From assembly GCA_036517135.1 (NCBI GenBank), contig DATDXX010000051.1, forward strand, positions 1-41,747: 41,747 nt of DNA. Reading direction: 5' to 3'. Both the position numbers and the translations under genes were made by a program. A model generated the notes under the pieces. That model searched no databases and was not told the DNA's origin. It saw nothing but the letters and a program-made list of their open reading frames with translations. Shown here piece by piece: positions 23,641 to 31,608 of this stretch. Each line of letters opens with the position of its first letter. Within the stretch, counting starts at the first letter, position 1. Origin of the DNA: Minisyncoccota bacterium. Lineage in GTDB: Bacteria; Patescibacteriota; Minisyncoccia; Phycocordibacterales; CAIRYW01.

Positions 23641-24735
23641 TTATCTAGAATTGAGCACTTCATCTTCAAATTTTTGTATATTGAATACTTCCCTATATTG
23701 CTTAACGCTTGTCATCATTATGTCATTCGGAAGCAGACCTTTTGGAAGCGGTCTATCTTTAATCCTTTCAATCATCTCCCCTGTCGGCTTCCAATCAACT
23801 GCCGCTTCAACAAAAAGCTTTTTTAATTGGTAGCAGACCTGTAGCATGACTTTTTCTTTCAACTCTTCAAAATTCATGCTTCTTATCTTTTTGTATATTT
23901 TTTCGGCTTTTTCCGATAATTCAACTACAAGATTTTTTATTTCTGTTTCCGAAAGCAATTTACCGTCGCCATAGACAGCAAATAATTTCATCCCTTCAAC
24001 AGGATTGCCGATTTTGCTTATGGTATGGCAGCCGACTGCGGATATTTCCCAAGTAACGCCCTGATACAAATTATATATTACTAGCTCTTTTGTTCGCGAC
24101 AAAAATTCCAAAGGCCACAACTCTTTTGGATTAAGATCAGGAAAATGCCTTATGAGCATTGTATATTGCTCTTCATCTTTTTCTAAAACATAAGGACCAT
24201 AAACATCCCATGCAAAATCGGTAACCACATCATTGTAAATGCCATGAACAAGCGATCCGGCGGCTGTATTTAATTTACCTAAAAGACGTGCATCTTCTAT
24301 TTCTGATTGGGAAAGAGAAATGTTAGAAATGATTTTTTTTACTTCATCTTCGTTATGAAAAGGATTTGTAGAGATGGCAAAAGGATCTTTTGGACAGCAT
24401 TCAATGAGCATTCTAGCTAAAAAATCAGTTACCAATTTGGTATCTTTAACTTTTTTCTCGCGCCACGCAGGATAAGTTGCGATAATTTTTATCAACATCG
24501 CCCTCATATTTGATGGCGTAGGCAATAAATGTTTTATTTCTTTAAAACTTTTGTTTTGGAGATCAAGAGCACGGATACACTTTGCAATTCTCCCTACCCA
24601 AATGTCATACCACATCGGAAAAAAACGATAAAAATCGATTGGCTGAAAATTTGCAATTGTGTTGCCTGCAAACAGACCAAAAGACCCCTTTGCGAATTCG
24701 TCAATCCACTTCATAGATTTCGCCAGTTGTGCCAT
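23641..24735 (-). CDS. Unknown-function protein, partner A of swivel-domain module 1 (364 aa)
   Basis: Paralogue of 22267-23340 (see motifs there). Its start overlaps the upstream swivel gene by 35 nt. Confidence 0.7.
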   Translation of the reverse strand: MAQLAKSMKWIDEFAKGSFGLFAGNTIANFQPIDFYRFFPMWYDIWVGRIAKCIRALDLQNKSFKEIKHLLPTPSNMRAMLIKIIATYPAWREKKVKDTKLVTDFLARMLIECCPKDPFAISTNPFHNEDEVKKIISNISLSQSEIEDARLLGKLNTAAGSLVHGIYNDVVTDFAWDVYGPYVLEKDEEQYTMLIRHFPDLNPKELWPLEFLSRTKELVIYNLYQGVTWEISAVGCHTISKIGNPVEGMKLFAVYGDGKLLSETEIKNLVVELSEKAEKIYKKIRSMNFEELKEKVMLQVCYQLKKLFVEAAVDWKPTGEMIERIKDRPLPKGLLPNDIMMTSVKQYREVFNIQKFEDEVLNSR

Positions 24736-25036
24736 CTACTAAAATTAAATCCCCATTCTTGATGATCTTAGTAGCCTCCTTTGTGTTAACTATACAAGGT
24801 ATCCCCATTTCACGGCTCAATATTGCCGGGTGCGATGTGACTCCGCCGGTATCCGTAACGATGGCCGCTGCCTTAACCATTGCCTGAACCATCGTAGGAT
24901 CAGTCAGCGAGGTAACCAATATATCTCCCTCACTAAACGCGACATTATCCTCGCCCGGCATAAAGATCTTTGCTCTACCTTGCACACTGCCAGTGCTTGC
25001 AGGAATGCCTTTAAGAATGAGTTTCCTCTTTTCCAT
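24701..25036 (-). CDS. Stand-alone PEP-utilizing-enzyme mobile (swivel phosphohistidine) domain protein 1 (111 aa)
   Basis: LVTSLTDPTMVQAMVKAAAIVTDTGGVTSHPAILSREMGIPCIVNTKEAT..GDLILVDGTTGEIY. Confidence 0.85.
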   Translation of the reverse strand: MEKRKLILKGIPASTGSVQGRAKIFMPGEDNVAFSEGDILVTSLTDPTMVQAMVKAAAIVTDTGGVTSHPAILSREMGIPCIVNTKEATKIIKNGDLILVDGTTGEIYEVD

Positions 25037-25904
25037 AATTCAAAAGCTCTCTCAATCTGTTATTGTCTATTGTATATTCAATCCCGCGTATTGTTACTGC
25101 AACTGCAGACTCACCTGCTTCATCTGTGCTCACCGTGCTCTCCCAATTGCCTAATACTTCCAGGCTTCCTCCTAATTCTTCAACTCGTGTAATACGATGA
25201 TTATCTGATTTCCTGATAAGAACTCCAGAAACTAGGAATGGCTCTGTAATTGTTTTGTGGGTAATATGAAATAGATCCAACTTTGAATCTGAATATAATT
25301 TAGTAGCTAATCGCTCATGGCGTCTGTTAAAAAGCACTGCAAATTTTGAAGCTACCTTCTCCGGAGGATAAAGTCTTGCCAGTTCATTATCATCTCCCGA
25401 GAGCCATTCCATTATCACAGGCTCCTCTGCAACTTCTGCTATTTCTTCTTGTTGATTCGGTGAAAGAGTGGAAAATTCCACTGATATACCTTTCTCTTTC
25501 ATTATTTTTTTCCTTTCTACCACAAACTTCTCATCGTAAAGTTTTAAAAAATCTGGAGGAAATGACATGGACAGCTCATTTTTAACACGAAATGATTCCC
25601 TAATCGGTGCATCTTTATTAGCTTCCTGATAACCTTTTAGAATATTCTCAACAGTCTCAGATGTCCGCTTAGAGTCACTTATATAAGCCTTGGCGCCATC
25701 CGATTGTCCCTCTACTTTTAGGCCGAAATCGTGCGATTGAATTACCCCCTTTTCTGAAATCGAAGATGTGGATACTGCAGTCGCTTCCTTGTTGGCTATT
25801 GCCCCGCTCGTTTTTTGAGCATGTCTCACCCAGAAATTATGCACGGTGACCCTTTCACCTATTTTTGGCCTCTCAACGCTTTCCGCCAATTTTTGATCAA
25901 TCAT
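25011..25904 (-). CDS. Histidine phosphatase superfamily (phosphoglycerate-mutase-like) protein
   Basis: VRHAQK (RHG-type motif), SEKGVIQS, AYISDSKRTSETVENI, LFHITHKTI (second His) in the canonical order, with a long insertion between them. Confidence 0.6.
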   Translation of the reverse strand: MIDQKLAESVERPKIGERVTVHNFWVRHAQKTSGAIANKEATAVSTSSISEKGVIQSHDFGLKVEGQSDGAKAYISDSKRTSETVENILKGYQEANKDAPIRESFRVKNELSMSFPPDFLKLYDEKFVVERKKIMKEKGISVEFSTLSPNQQEEIAEVAEEPVIMEWLSGDDNELARLYPPEKVASKFAVLFNRRHERLATKLYSDSKLDLFHITHKTITEPFLVSGVLIRKSDNHRITRVEELGGSLEVLGNWESTVSTDEAGESAVAVTIRGIEYTIDNNRLRELLNYGKEETHS

Positions 25905-25916
25905 ATCCTTGAGGAT

Positions 25917-26393
25917 TTATTTTATATCTCCCAATAAGTCTTTCAACAAATCTTTCCGTTCCATAAATCGTGTCAAAATAATCTCAGGGTTAAATTCTGA
26001 TGCCTCTACTGCCCTTGCCGTCCAACCTCGCTGGTCTCCAAGAGCTTTTTTTTGAGCACGAGCAATGTTGCCAATAATTGAATTTTGTAATCTGCTATGT
26101 AGCGCAGATTTCGCCACTTCCACATCAAATTCTCCATCGCGAAATCGTTTTCGAACATCCTCTATCGCGTCTCGATTTTCTGCAACTGCCTCTGTAATAG
26201 CCTTATCAATATACTCATTTCTCTTTTGTACAAGAGCGTCTTGGTTGATTCTTCCTTCATAGGGATCTACTGCATCAGTTACTGGTATTCTGAGCTTCCC
26301 TGGTGGCCTAGCGACGGGCTCGTTTGTCAAATCGTCGAGCTTCTTTCTTCTTTCTGGAGGAATATCATAATTAAATCCTTTTTCTTTATTCAT
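25917..26393 (-). CDS. Hypothetical protein (158 aa), first gene of the swivel-domain operon
   Basis: ATG ORF, charged and helical-looking. 12-nt gap to the phosphatase gene. TATATT -10-like box 8 nt upstream. Confidence 0.55.
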   Translation of the reverse strand: MNKEKGFNYDIPPERRKKLDDLTNEPVARPPGKLRIPVTDAVDPYEGRINQDALVQKRNEYIDKAITEAVAENRDAIEDVRKRFRDGEFDVEVAKSALHSRLQNSIIGNIARAQKKALGDQRGWTARAVEASEFNPEIILTRFMERKDLLKDLLGDIK

Positions 26394-26446
26394 TATTTTT
26401 AAATATAAAGCTATTAATCACTAAACGACTAGTTGCTAAAATACTA

Positions 26447-26974
26447 TCACACTTGTAAAATGAGTGAAATAAAGTATCCCAGCCCATAAGAAATGAAAGA
26501 TGCGATGCCGCCGACGAGAAGGGTCTCGAGACCAAGCATTATGAAATTTTTGGGAATGATAAGACGGCGCAAGCTCCCCATAATAAAGAATGCGGCGGCA
26601 GTGCCAAGAGAAGATATAAGAAATAAATTGTCACTCCCACTCCAAAAAACAAAAGGAATGAGTGGGATAAAACCAAAAATACCAAATGAAAAAAATGTAG
26701 CAAGACCGTCCCCTAACGGGCTTCTTACTCCTTTTCCAAAACCTTGATGAGTTTGTGAATCATGCTCGGACTTAAGTGAAATGTAGCGTGACGAACCCAT
26801 AGAAAATCCGTCTGCAGCAAGATTTGCTATGCCTAAAATGATTATGATTGATGATGAGAGATTCGCGCCGGAAGCGCCGGCAACGACAGCAAAAGTGGTA
26901 ACAATGCCATCATTTGCCCCATAGATAATGTTGCCAATATGATAGTGCGCTATATTTTTGATTTTCTCAATCAT
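26447..26974 (-). CDS. VIT1/CCC1-family iron/manganese transporter
   Basis: NIIYGANDGIVTTFAVVAGASGA signature plus C-terminal TM bundle. ATG at 26974 preferred over TTG at 27010. Confidence 0.75.
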   Translation of the reverse strand: MIEKIKNIAHYHIGNIIYGANDGIVTTFAVVAGASGANLSSSIIIILGIANLAADGFSMGSSRYISLKSEHDSQTHQGFGKGVRSPLGDGLATFFSFGIFGFIPLIPFVFWSGSDNLFLISSLGTAAAFFIMGSLRRLIIPKNFIMLGLETLLVGGIASFISYGLGYFISLILQV

Positions 26975-27001
26975 TTTTCTTTGTGTTTTCTTTATCTGAA
27001 A

Positions 27002-27041
27002 AGCTCGCAAGCTGACTAGCTCACAAGCTCGCTAGCTCCTC
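27002..27041. repeat. Phased 8-nt array AGCTCGCA AGCTGACT AGCTCACA AGCTCGCT AGCTCCTC spanning the murF stop
   Basis: AGCT at 27002, 27010, 27018, 27026 and 27034. Confidence 0.75.
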
Positions 27042-28327
27042 AAAAGCCATTCCGGTTCCTGACGAACCAGAAGCTTCGCTTTAAGTTCCGGATAAGCCAT
27101 AATTTGTTCCACAATACGCTCCATTCTTATCCCCTGAGAACCCTTCACGAATACAAGATCATTCTCCTTAACAAAATTTTTTAAAAAATCCCCTGCTTCC
27201 ACAGAGGTGCCAAAAGAAAAAAGTGATTTTTTGTCTATTCCCGCCTTCTTTGCCGCTTCTTTCATATCCTTAGCGCGAATGCCAACAGTAACCAAGCAGT
27301 CAAATATTTTTGCCGCTGATTCTCCGAGCCGAGTATGCTCTTCTAATGAGTGCCTGCCTAGCTCCAGCATATCGCCGAGAACTCCGATCTTTCTTCCCGA
27401 AACTTTTAGATTTTCTATCGTGCGAAATGCTTCGTCCATTGCCACAGGAGAAGCATTATAAGAATCGTCAATTATGGTTGAGTTATTTATTCCGCTTATT
27501 ATATTCATTCTTCCTCTAGGATAATCGTAAGTAGTGAATGCCTGTGATGCTTCCAAAGGATTTAATTCAAGCGCGTATATCACTGCAAAAGCAGCGAGAA
27601 CAGGAAAAACATGACTCATACCAATCACATTTTTGACCGTGATTGGAATGCTTGAACCGTTTGTGTCTACTTTAAAAGAAACCCCTTCTAACTTTTTATT
27701 TTCATCATATGTTGGATTTATGTATGACGCCTGAATGTCAGCCTTTGATGCCACGCTAAATGTTACAACTCTTGCTTTTGTATGTTCCTTAAAATACATT
27801 ACGTCCTCATCATCGGCATTTAAAATAAGAAAGCCATCGCTTTTCACACCGCGAGCTAAAAAGGATTTCTCTCTTACAACATCTTTGGCAGAACGGTAAT
27901 GCTCAATATGTACAGGAACTGCTCCTATACGCGTTACAACAGAAATGTCGGGGTGTATCCATTTCATAACAGCTTCTATTTCTCCCGGATGATCGGCGCC
28001 TATCTCAAGAATGAGCCATCTGGGATAATCGTTTTTGAGAAGGACAAGCAAAAAACCGCGCCAGACATTCAAAAGCCACTTTTCCGGACTGTTCCATGCG
28101 TTGCCCAGACCGAGAATTGTAAGTGGAATGCCTATATCGCTATTAAAACTTTTTGCGTTCTTTCTGACATGAAAAAAAGGCAGAAGCGCTGTATAAATGG
28201 CGTCTTTGGTAGAAGTTTTGCCTACACTTCCCGTAACCGCAATTATCTTAGGCTTGTATTTTTTAAGTACGAGCTTTGATTCAACGGTAAGAATGAATAT
28301 GATTATTTTTTTTACAATATTTTTCAT
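27032..28327 (-). CDS. murF: UDP-N-acetylmuramoyl-tripeptide--D-alanyl-D-alanine ligase
   Basis: IIAVTGSVGKTSTKD P-loop, DDSYNASP, Mur ligase three-domain length. Confidence 0.88.
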   Translation of the reverse strand: MKNIVKKIIIFILTVESKLVLKKYKPKIIAVTGSVGKTSTKDAIYTALLPFFHVRKNAKSFNSDIGIPLTILGLGNAWNSPEKWLLNVWRGFLLVLLKNDYPRWLILEIGADHPGEIEAVMKWIHPDISVVTRIGAVPVHIEHYRSAKDVVREKSFLARGVKSDGFLILNADDEDVMYFKEHTKARVVTFSVASKADIQASYINPTYDENKKLEGVSFKVDTNGSSIPITVKNVIGMSHVFPVLAAFAVIYALELNPLEASQAFTTYDYPRGRMNIISGINNSTIIDDSYNASPVAMDEAFRTIENLKVSGRKIGVLGDMLELGRHSLEEHTRLGESAAKIFDCLVTVGIRAKDMKEAAKKAGIDKKSLFSFGTSVEAGDFLKNFVKENDLVFVKGSQGIRMERIVEQIMAYPELKAKLLVRQEPEWLLRS

Positions 28328-28427
28328 AAAAGTGCGACACTAATTACAAATTCATGCGAATGACACGAATAAAATGTAAAAGCTCTTATTTGTAGATTCG
28401 TTTTTCATTCGTGTATTGGTGTCGTAC
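28328..28427 (-). repeat. Intergenic repeat R2 (paralogous to 9262-9396), abutting the murF start codon
   Basis: On the minus strand it ends GTAATTAGTGTCGCACTTT-ATG. It has internal inverted acacgaat / attcgtgt words and shares blocks with R1. Confidence 0.65.
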
Positions 28428-30140
28428 CTATCTGTCAGGCGGAATCTGATAATAATTGATAAGGAATTTGGATAGATCAAAGAATGGCTTTGACAATGTA
28501 TCCGCCGCAAAATTATTTGACTTAGGATTGTAAGTATAAAGCAAAATAATGAATTTTGGATCGTATGCCGGAAAATATCCCACAAATGAGTGTAGATACC
28601 TGTCATCATAGTATCCTCCGCCTTCAGGCTTTGCAATCTGAGCTGTACCAGTTTTTGCAGCTATAGAGTAATGTTCATTTTTTTCTCTGCCGCCCAGAAG
28701 TGCTGTATCAACAAGCGATACTAGCATCTCGGTGATTTTTTTAGCACTTTCGGGTTTTATAACTTGCTTTCCTTGCTCCAATGTAATGTTATTGAAAAAG
28801 CCACTACTGTAATTTATTTTTTTAATAACATGTGGAGTGACTAAAGTTCCATTATTCGCTAGTGTAGCAAGTGCTCTAATCGTTGCTATCGGAGTAAGCG
28901 CGATTCCCTGTCCAAATGAAGCAGTAATATACTCAATATCGCGCGGGCTTTTGAGATTGCCCACTATATTTGATGCTTCGTTAGGCAGATCAATACCGGT
29001 TTTCTCACCAAGTCCGTATCCGAACATATAATCCGCAAACCTATCATTGCCGAGTTTGGTCTCCACAAACGCCGCTCCTGTGTTAAGAGATTTGTTGAGC
29101 ACTTCCTGCATAGTTGTTTTACCGTTTACTAGGCGGTCATGATTGTAAACCGTCTTGTTATTCGATGTGATGGAACCCTCATCAATATATGTTGTCTTAG
29201 GCGTCACGATGCCCGCATCAATGCCCGCTGCCATTGTTAGAGGCTTTATGATTGAACCCATTTCATGCACATTCTCTACAGACGGATTGGAGAAAACATT
29301 AACGTTTTTTTCCCCCTGAAAGTCATTTAGATCAAATGAAGGATAGCTTGCCATAGCATAGATTTCGCCAGTTTTCGGATTCATGATAATGCCTCCAGTC
29401 TCCGTTGACTGCCACTTTTCCTGAATTTTTTGCAGAGTATCCTCAAGTGATGTCTCGACGGACGGCTCAATAGTCGCGACGATATCTCCTTCAAATGACG
29501 CATCTTCGGAGACAGATTTTTTTATATTCGAAAATATCTCAACAAAAAAATTAGCATATATGTCGTTTTGATTGCGCGAAAGGACATTGTCATATTGTTT
29601 TTCCAAACCATATCTAGCGCCATATTCGTCGCCCTTAAATCCTAGAAGTCCTATCACTTGTGACGCGGAATTACCGCCTGGATAAAATCTCCACTGCTCC
29701 TTCAAAAGCAATACACCGGCAATTTTTTCTCTTTTTAAGGCACTTGCCATGTCTTCTGGAATCTTTTTTGCTAATTCTTCATACGGGTCATCTACTTTAG
29801 AAGCTTTTGCCAGAAAAACGACTTTGTCTATTGGGATAATTTTTGATATTTGTTCAAATACTGTTTCTTTGTCTTTTATTAGTTTTGGATTGATGGCAAG
29901 AATAAATCCCGATTTCAATGTTGCAGCAGAAACTAAGTTACCACTTTTGTCCTCAAAGTAAATCGTTCCGCGAGAAAATATTGTGCTGTTTTGCTTTACA
30001 TATTGCTTATCAGCAAGATTTACAAATTCATCATGTTGAACCACCTGCATATAGTAAAGCTTTACAGTAAAGACAAGAGCCGAAAAGACTATTAGGAGCG
30101 ATATGATACGGAGTCGCTGTATTCGAGACTTAGCGGTCAT
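28428..30140 (-). CDS. ftsI: Class B penicillin-binding protein (division transpeptidase FtsI)
   Basis: N-terminal TM, SIIKP (SxxK), KTGTA (KTG). Sits in the dcw cluster after ftsL. Confidence 0.85.
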   Translation of the reverse strand: MTAKSRIQRLRIISLLIVFSALVFTVKLYYMQVVQHDEFVNLADKQYVKQNSTIFSRGTIYFEDKSGNLVSAATLKSGFILAINPKLIKDKETVFEQISKIIPIDKVVFLAKASKVDDPYEELAKKIPEDMASALKREKIAGVLLLKEQWRFYPGGNSASQVIGLLGFKGDEYGARYGLEKQYDNVLSRNQNDIYANFFVEIFSNIKKSVSEDASFEGDIVATIEPSVETSLEDTLQKIQEKWQSTETGGIIMNPKTGEIYAMASYPSFDLNDFQGEKNVNVFSNPSVENVHEMGSIIKPLTMAAGIDAGIVTPKTTYIDEGSITSNNKTVYNHDRLVNGKTTMQEVLNKSLNTGAAFVETKLGNDRFADYMFGYGLGEKTGIDLPNEASNIVGNLKSPRDIEYITASFGQGIALTPIATIRALATLANNGTLVTPHVIKKINYSSGFFNNITLEQGKQVIKPESAKKITEMLVSLVDTALLGGREKNEHYSIAAKTGTAQIAKPEGGGYYDDRYLHSFVGYFPAYDPKFIILLYTYNPKSNNFAADTLSKPFFDLSKFLINYYQIPPDR

Positions 30141-30380
30141 CCCGCTCGAAACCCCGAACCATTTCTCCTAGAGTCGAAATGTAACGGGGCGAGATTATGT
30201 CTAATAAGTGTAAAGTTGCCTGCTGCTTGTCCCATAGCCAAATCCTCTTTAGGATTTGTGGTATGGGGTAGGAAATGTCTCCGCATTTCCCTAGTTATTA
30301 CCAACCTTAATTGCAAATTGGTTTTTTTATTCATTATTTTGCATTATCCAGAACCCAAACAATGTAATTTCGAACGGGAC
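30139..30380 (-). mobile_element. MITE-like element, copy C (242 bp, composite) inserted between ftsL and ftsI; one end overlaps the ftsI ATG
   Basis: ATCCCGCTCGAAAC (30139-52) ... ggaaatg-tctccg-catttcc CTAGTTATTACC ... ATTTCGAACGGGAC (30367-80). The right ~120 bp is collinear with copy B. Confidence 0.55.
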
Positions 30381-30386
30381 AAAATA

Positions 30387-30701
30387 CTAAGTATTATCAT
30401 TACGCACAAAAGCGGTTTCCGAAATACCCTTTCTAGCTATGACGACCGTGTCTGACTCAACAAAACCCAGAGAGAGCGCCAAATCTGCATTAATGCCTGC
30501 TTTTATGGATAAAAAAGAAAATTCCATCTCGCTTAACTCTGCAGTTAGGGAGGAAATCTGCTTCTCTGCGGTTTGTCGAAGAAAGGTATTGTGAACGGTC
30601 ATACCAACCAGGACAATGTATGAGGCAAGAAGCAGACCTATTGAGCCGGCCAAGGACCAAACTTGTTTTTCGTATTTAAATGGTGATGGTATTTTTGTCA
30701 T
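30387..30701 (-). CDS. ftsL: Cell division protein FtsL-like (single TM plus coiled coil)
   Basis: Position between rsmH and ftsI, 104 aa, one TM (WSLAGSIGLLLASYIVLVGM). Overlaps the rsmH stop by 4 nt. Confidence 0.55.
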   Translation of the reverse strand: MTKIPSPFKYEKQVWSLAGSIGLLLASYIVLVGMTVHNTFLRQTAEKQISSLTAELSEMEFSFLSIKAGINADLALSLGFVESDTVVIARKGISETAFVRNDNT

Positions 30702-31585
30702 AGTTTTTCAACAATTCTCAACTTTGCGCTTCTTGACCTCGGATTCCCTTTTAACTCCTCATCTGCTGGTGTTATTGGTTTTTTAGTTACCGCCTTTGCA
30801 TAACTCCCTTTTACTTTTTCTTTTATCCATAATTTCACTGCGCGGTCTTCAATACTATGAAATGAGATCACTGCTATCCTTCCGCCGGCACTAAGCAAAT
30901 CCCATGCTTTTCCTAATCCTGTTTTAAGCGTCTCTATCTCGTCATTAACCGCAATCCGGAGCGCCTGAAATGTCTTGGTGGCGGGATGGATCTTTCTTTT
31001 GTGATACCACCTTGGTACTGCGCTCTCAATTATTTGTCTAAGATTTACTGTAGTTTTGATCCGCCGCTTTTGTCTCTCTTCCGTTATCGCTTTGGCGATT
31101 CTTTTTGCAAAACTTTCCTCACCATATGCCTTGATGATGAGGGCAATATTTTCTTCCGCCCAATCATTCACGATAATCTCTGCTGTAACCTCATCTACAC
31201 TTGGTTTTGCATTAAATGTCATTTGAAGCGGTTCATCCCTTTGAAATGAAAATCCTCTTCCTGAACTTTCCAATTGATTGGAAGAAAACCCTAAATCAAA
31301 GATGAATCTTTGCGCTTCGTTTATCTCCTTGTTTGCAAGCGCCTTATCAAGATCTCGGAAATTTGTGCACACCGCGGTAAAATTTTTGTGGGCTCCGATT
31401 TTTTCATTCGCTTTAGCAATCGCGTCCTGGTCCGCATCAAGCCCGATTACTTCCACCCCTTTGCCGTATCGATCCAATATCGCTTCACTGTGTCCTGCGC
31501 CGTTTAAGGTGCAGTCAACGATGATATCGCCTTTCTTGATTGAAAGACCGTCTATTATTTCTTTTAAAAGAACACTTTTGTGCAT
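30698..31585 (-). CDS. rsmH: 16S rRNA (cytosine1402-N4)-methyltransferase
   Basis: MHKSVLLKEIIDGL..DCTLNGAGHS..FDLGFSSNQL..ISFHSIEDR. Confidence 0.92.
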   Translation of the reverse strand: MHKSVLLKEIIDGLSIKKGDIIVDCTLNGAGHSEAILDRYGKGVEVIGLDADQDAIAKANEKIGAHKNFTAVCTNFRDLDKALANKEINEAQRFIFDLGFSSNQLESSGRGFSFQRDEPLQMTFNAKPSVDEVTAEIIVNDWAEENIALIIKAYGEESFAKRIAKAITEERQKRRIKTTVNLRQIIESAVPRWYHKRKIHPATKTFQALRIAVNDEIETLKTGLGKAWDLLSAGGRIAVISFHSIEDRAVKLWIKEKVKGSYAKAVTKKPITPADEELKGNPRSRSAKLRIVEKL

Positions 31586-31608
31586 AACTCATTGCTCACC
31601 ACTCGTCA

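Noticed and set aside
22267-24735. Partners A/B as the missing ATP-grasp (PPDK_N) or PEP/pyruvate TIM-barrel halves of a split PEP synthase
   Set aside because: By eye I could not find the characteristic motifs of either domain, so I did not annotate them as such. This is not excluded without profile or structure searches, and it is stated as the main refutation test for the system.
27002-27041. AGCT arrays as a CRISPR or mini-CRISPR
   Set aside because: The period is only 7-8 nt with no spacers of CRISPR length. No cas genes are in the window.
28352-28636. Minus-strand 94-aa ORF overlapping the ftsI 3' end
   Set aside because: It is out of frame with the well-supported ftsI C-terminus and runs through repeat R2.
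30137-30455. ORFs 30137-30334 (-) and 30216-30455 (+) between ftsL and ftsI
   Set aside because: Both lie inside the repeat element bounded by inverted termini, use non-ATG starts and overlap ftsL. No protein-like features.
30698-30700. Alternative genetic code (UGA as sense, as in some candidate phyla)
   Set aside because: Well-conserved genes end at TGA at their expected lengths (e.g. rsmH at 30698-30700), and conserved genes are uninterrupted. The standard bacterial code fits.
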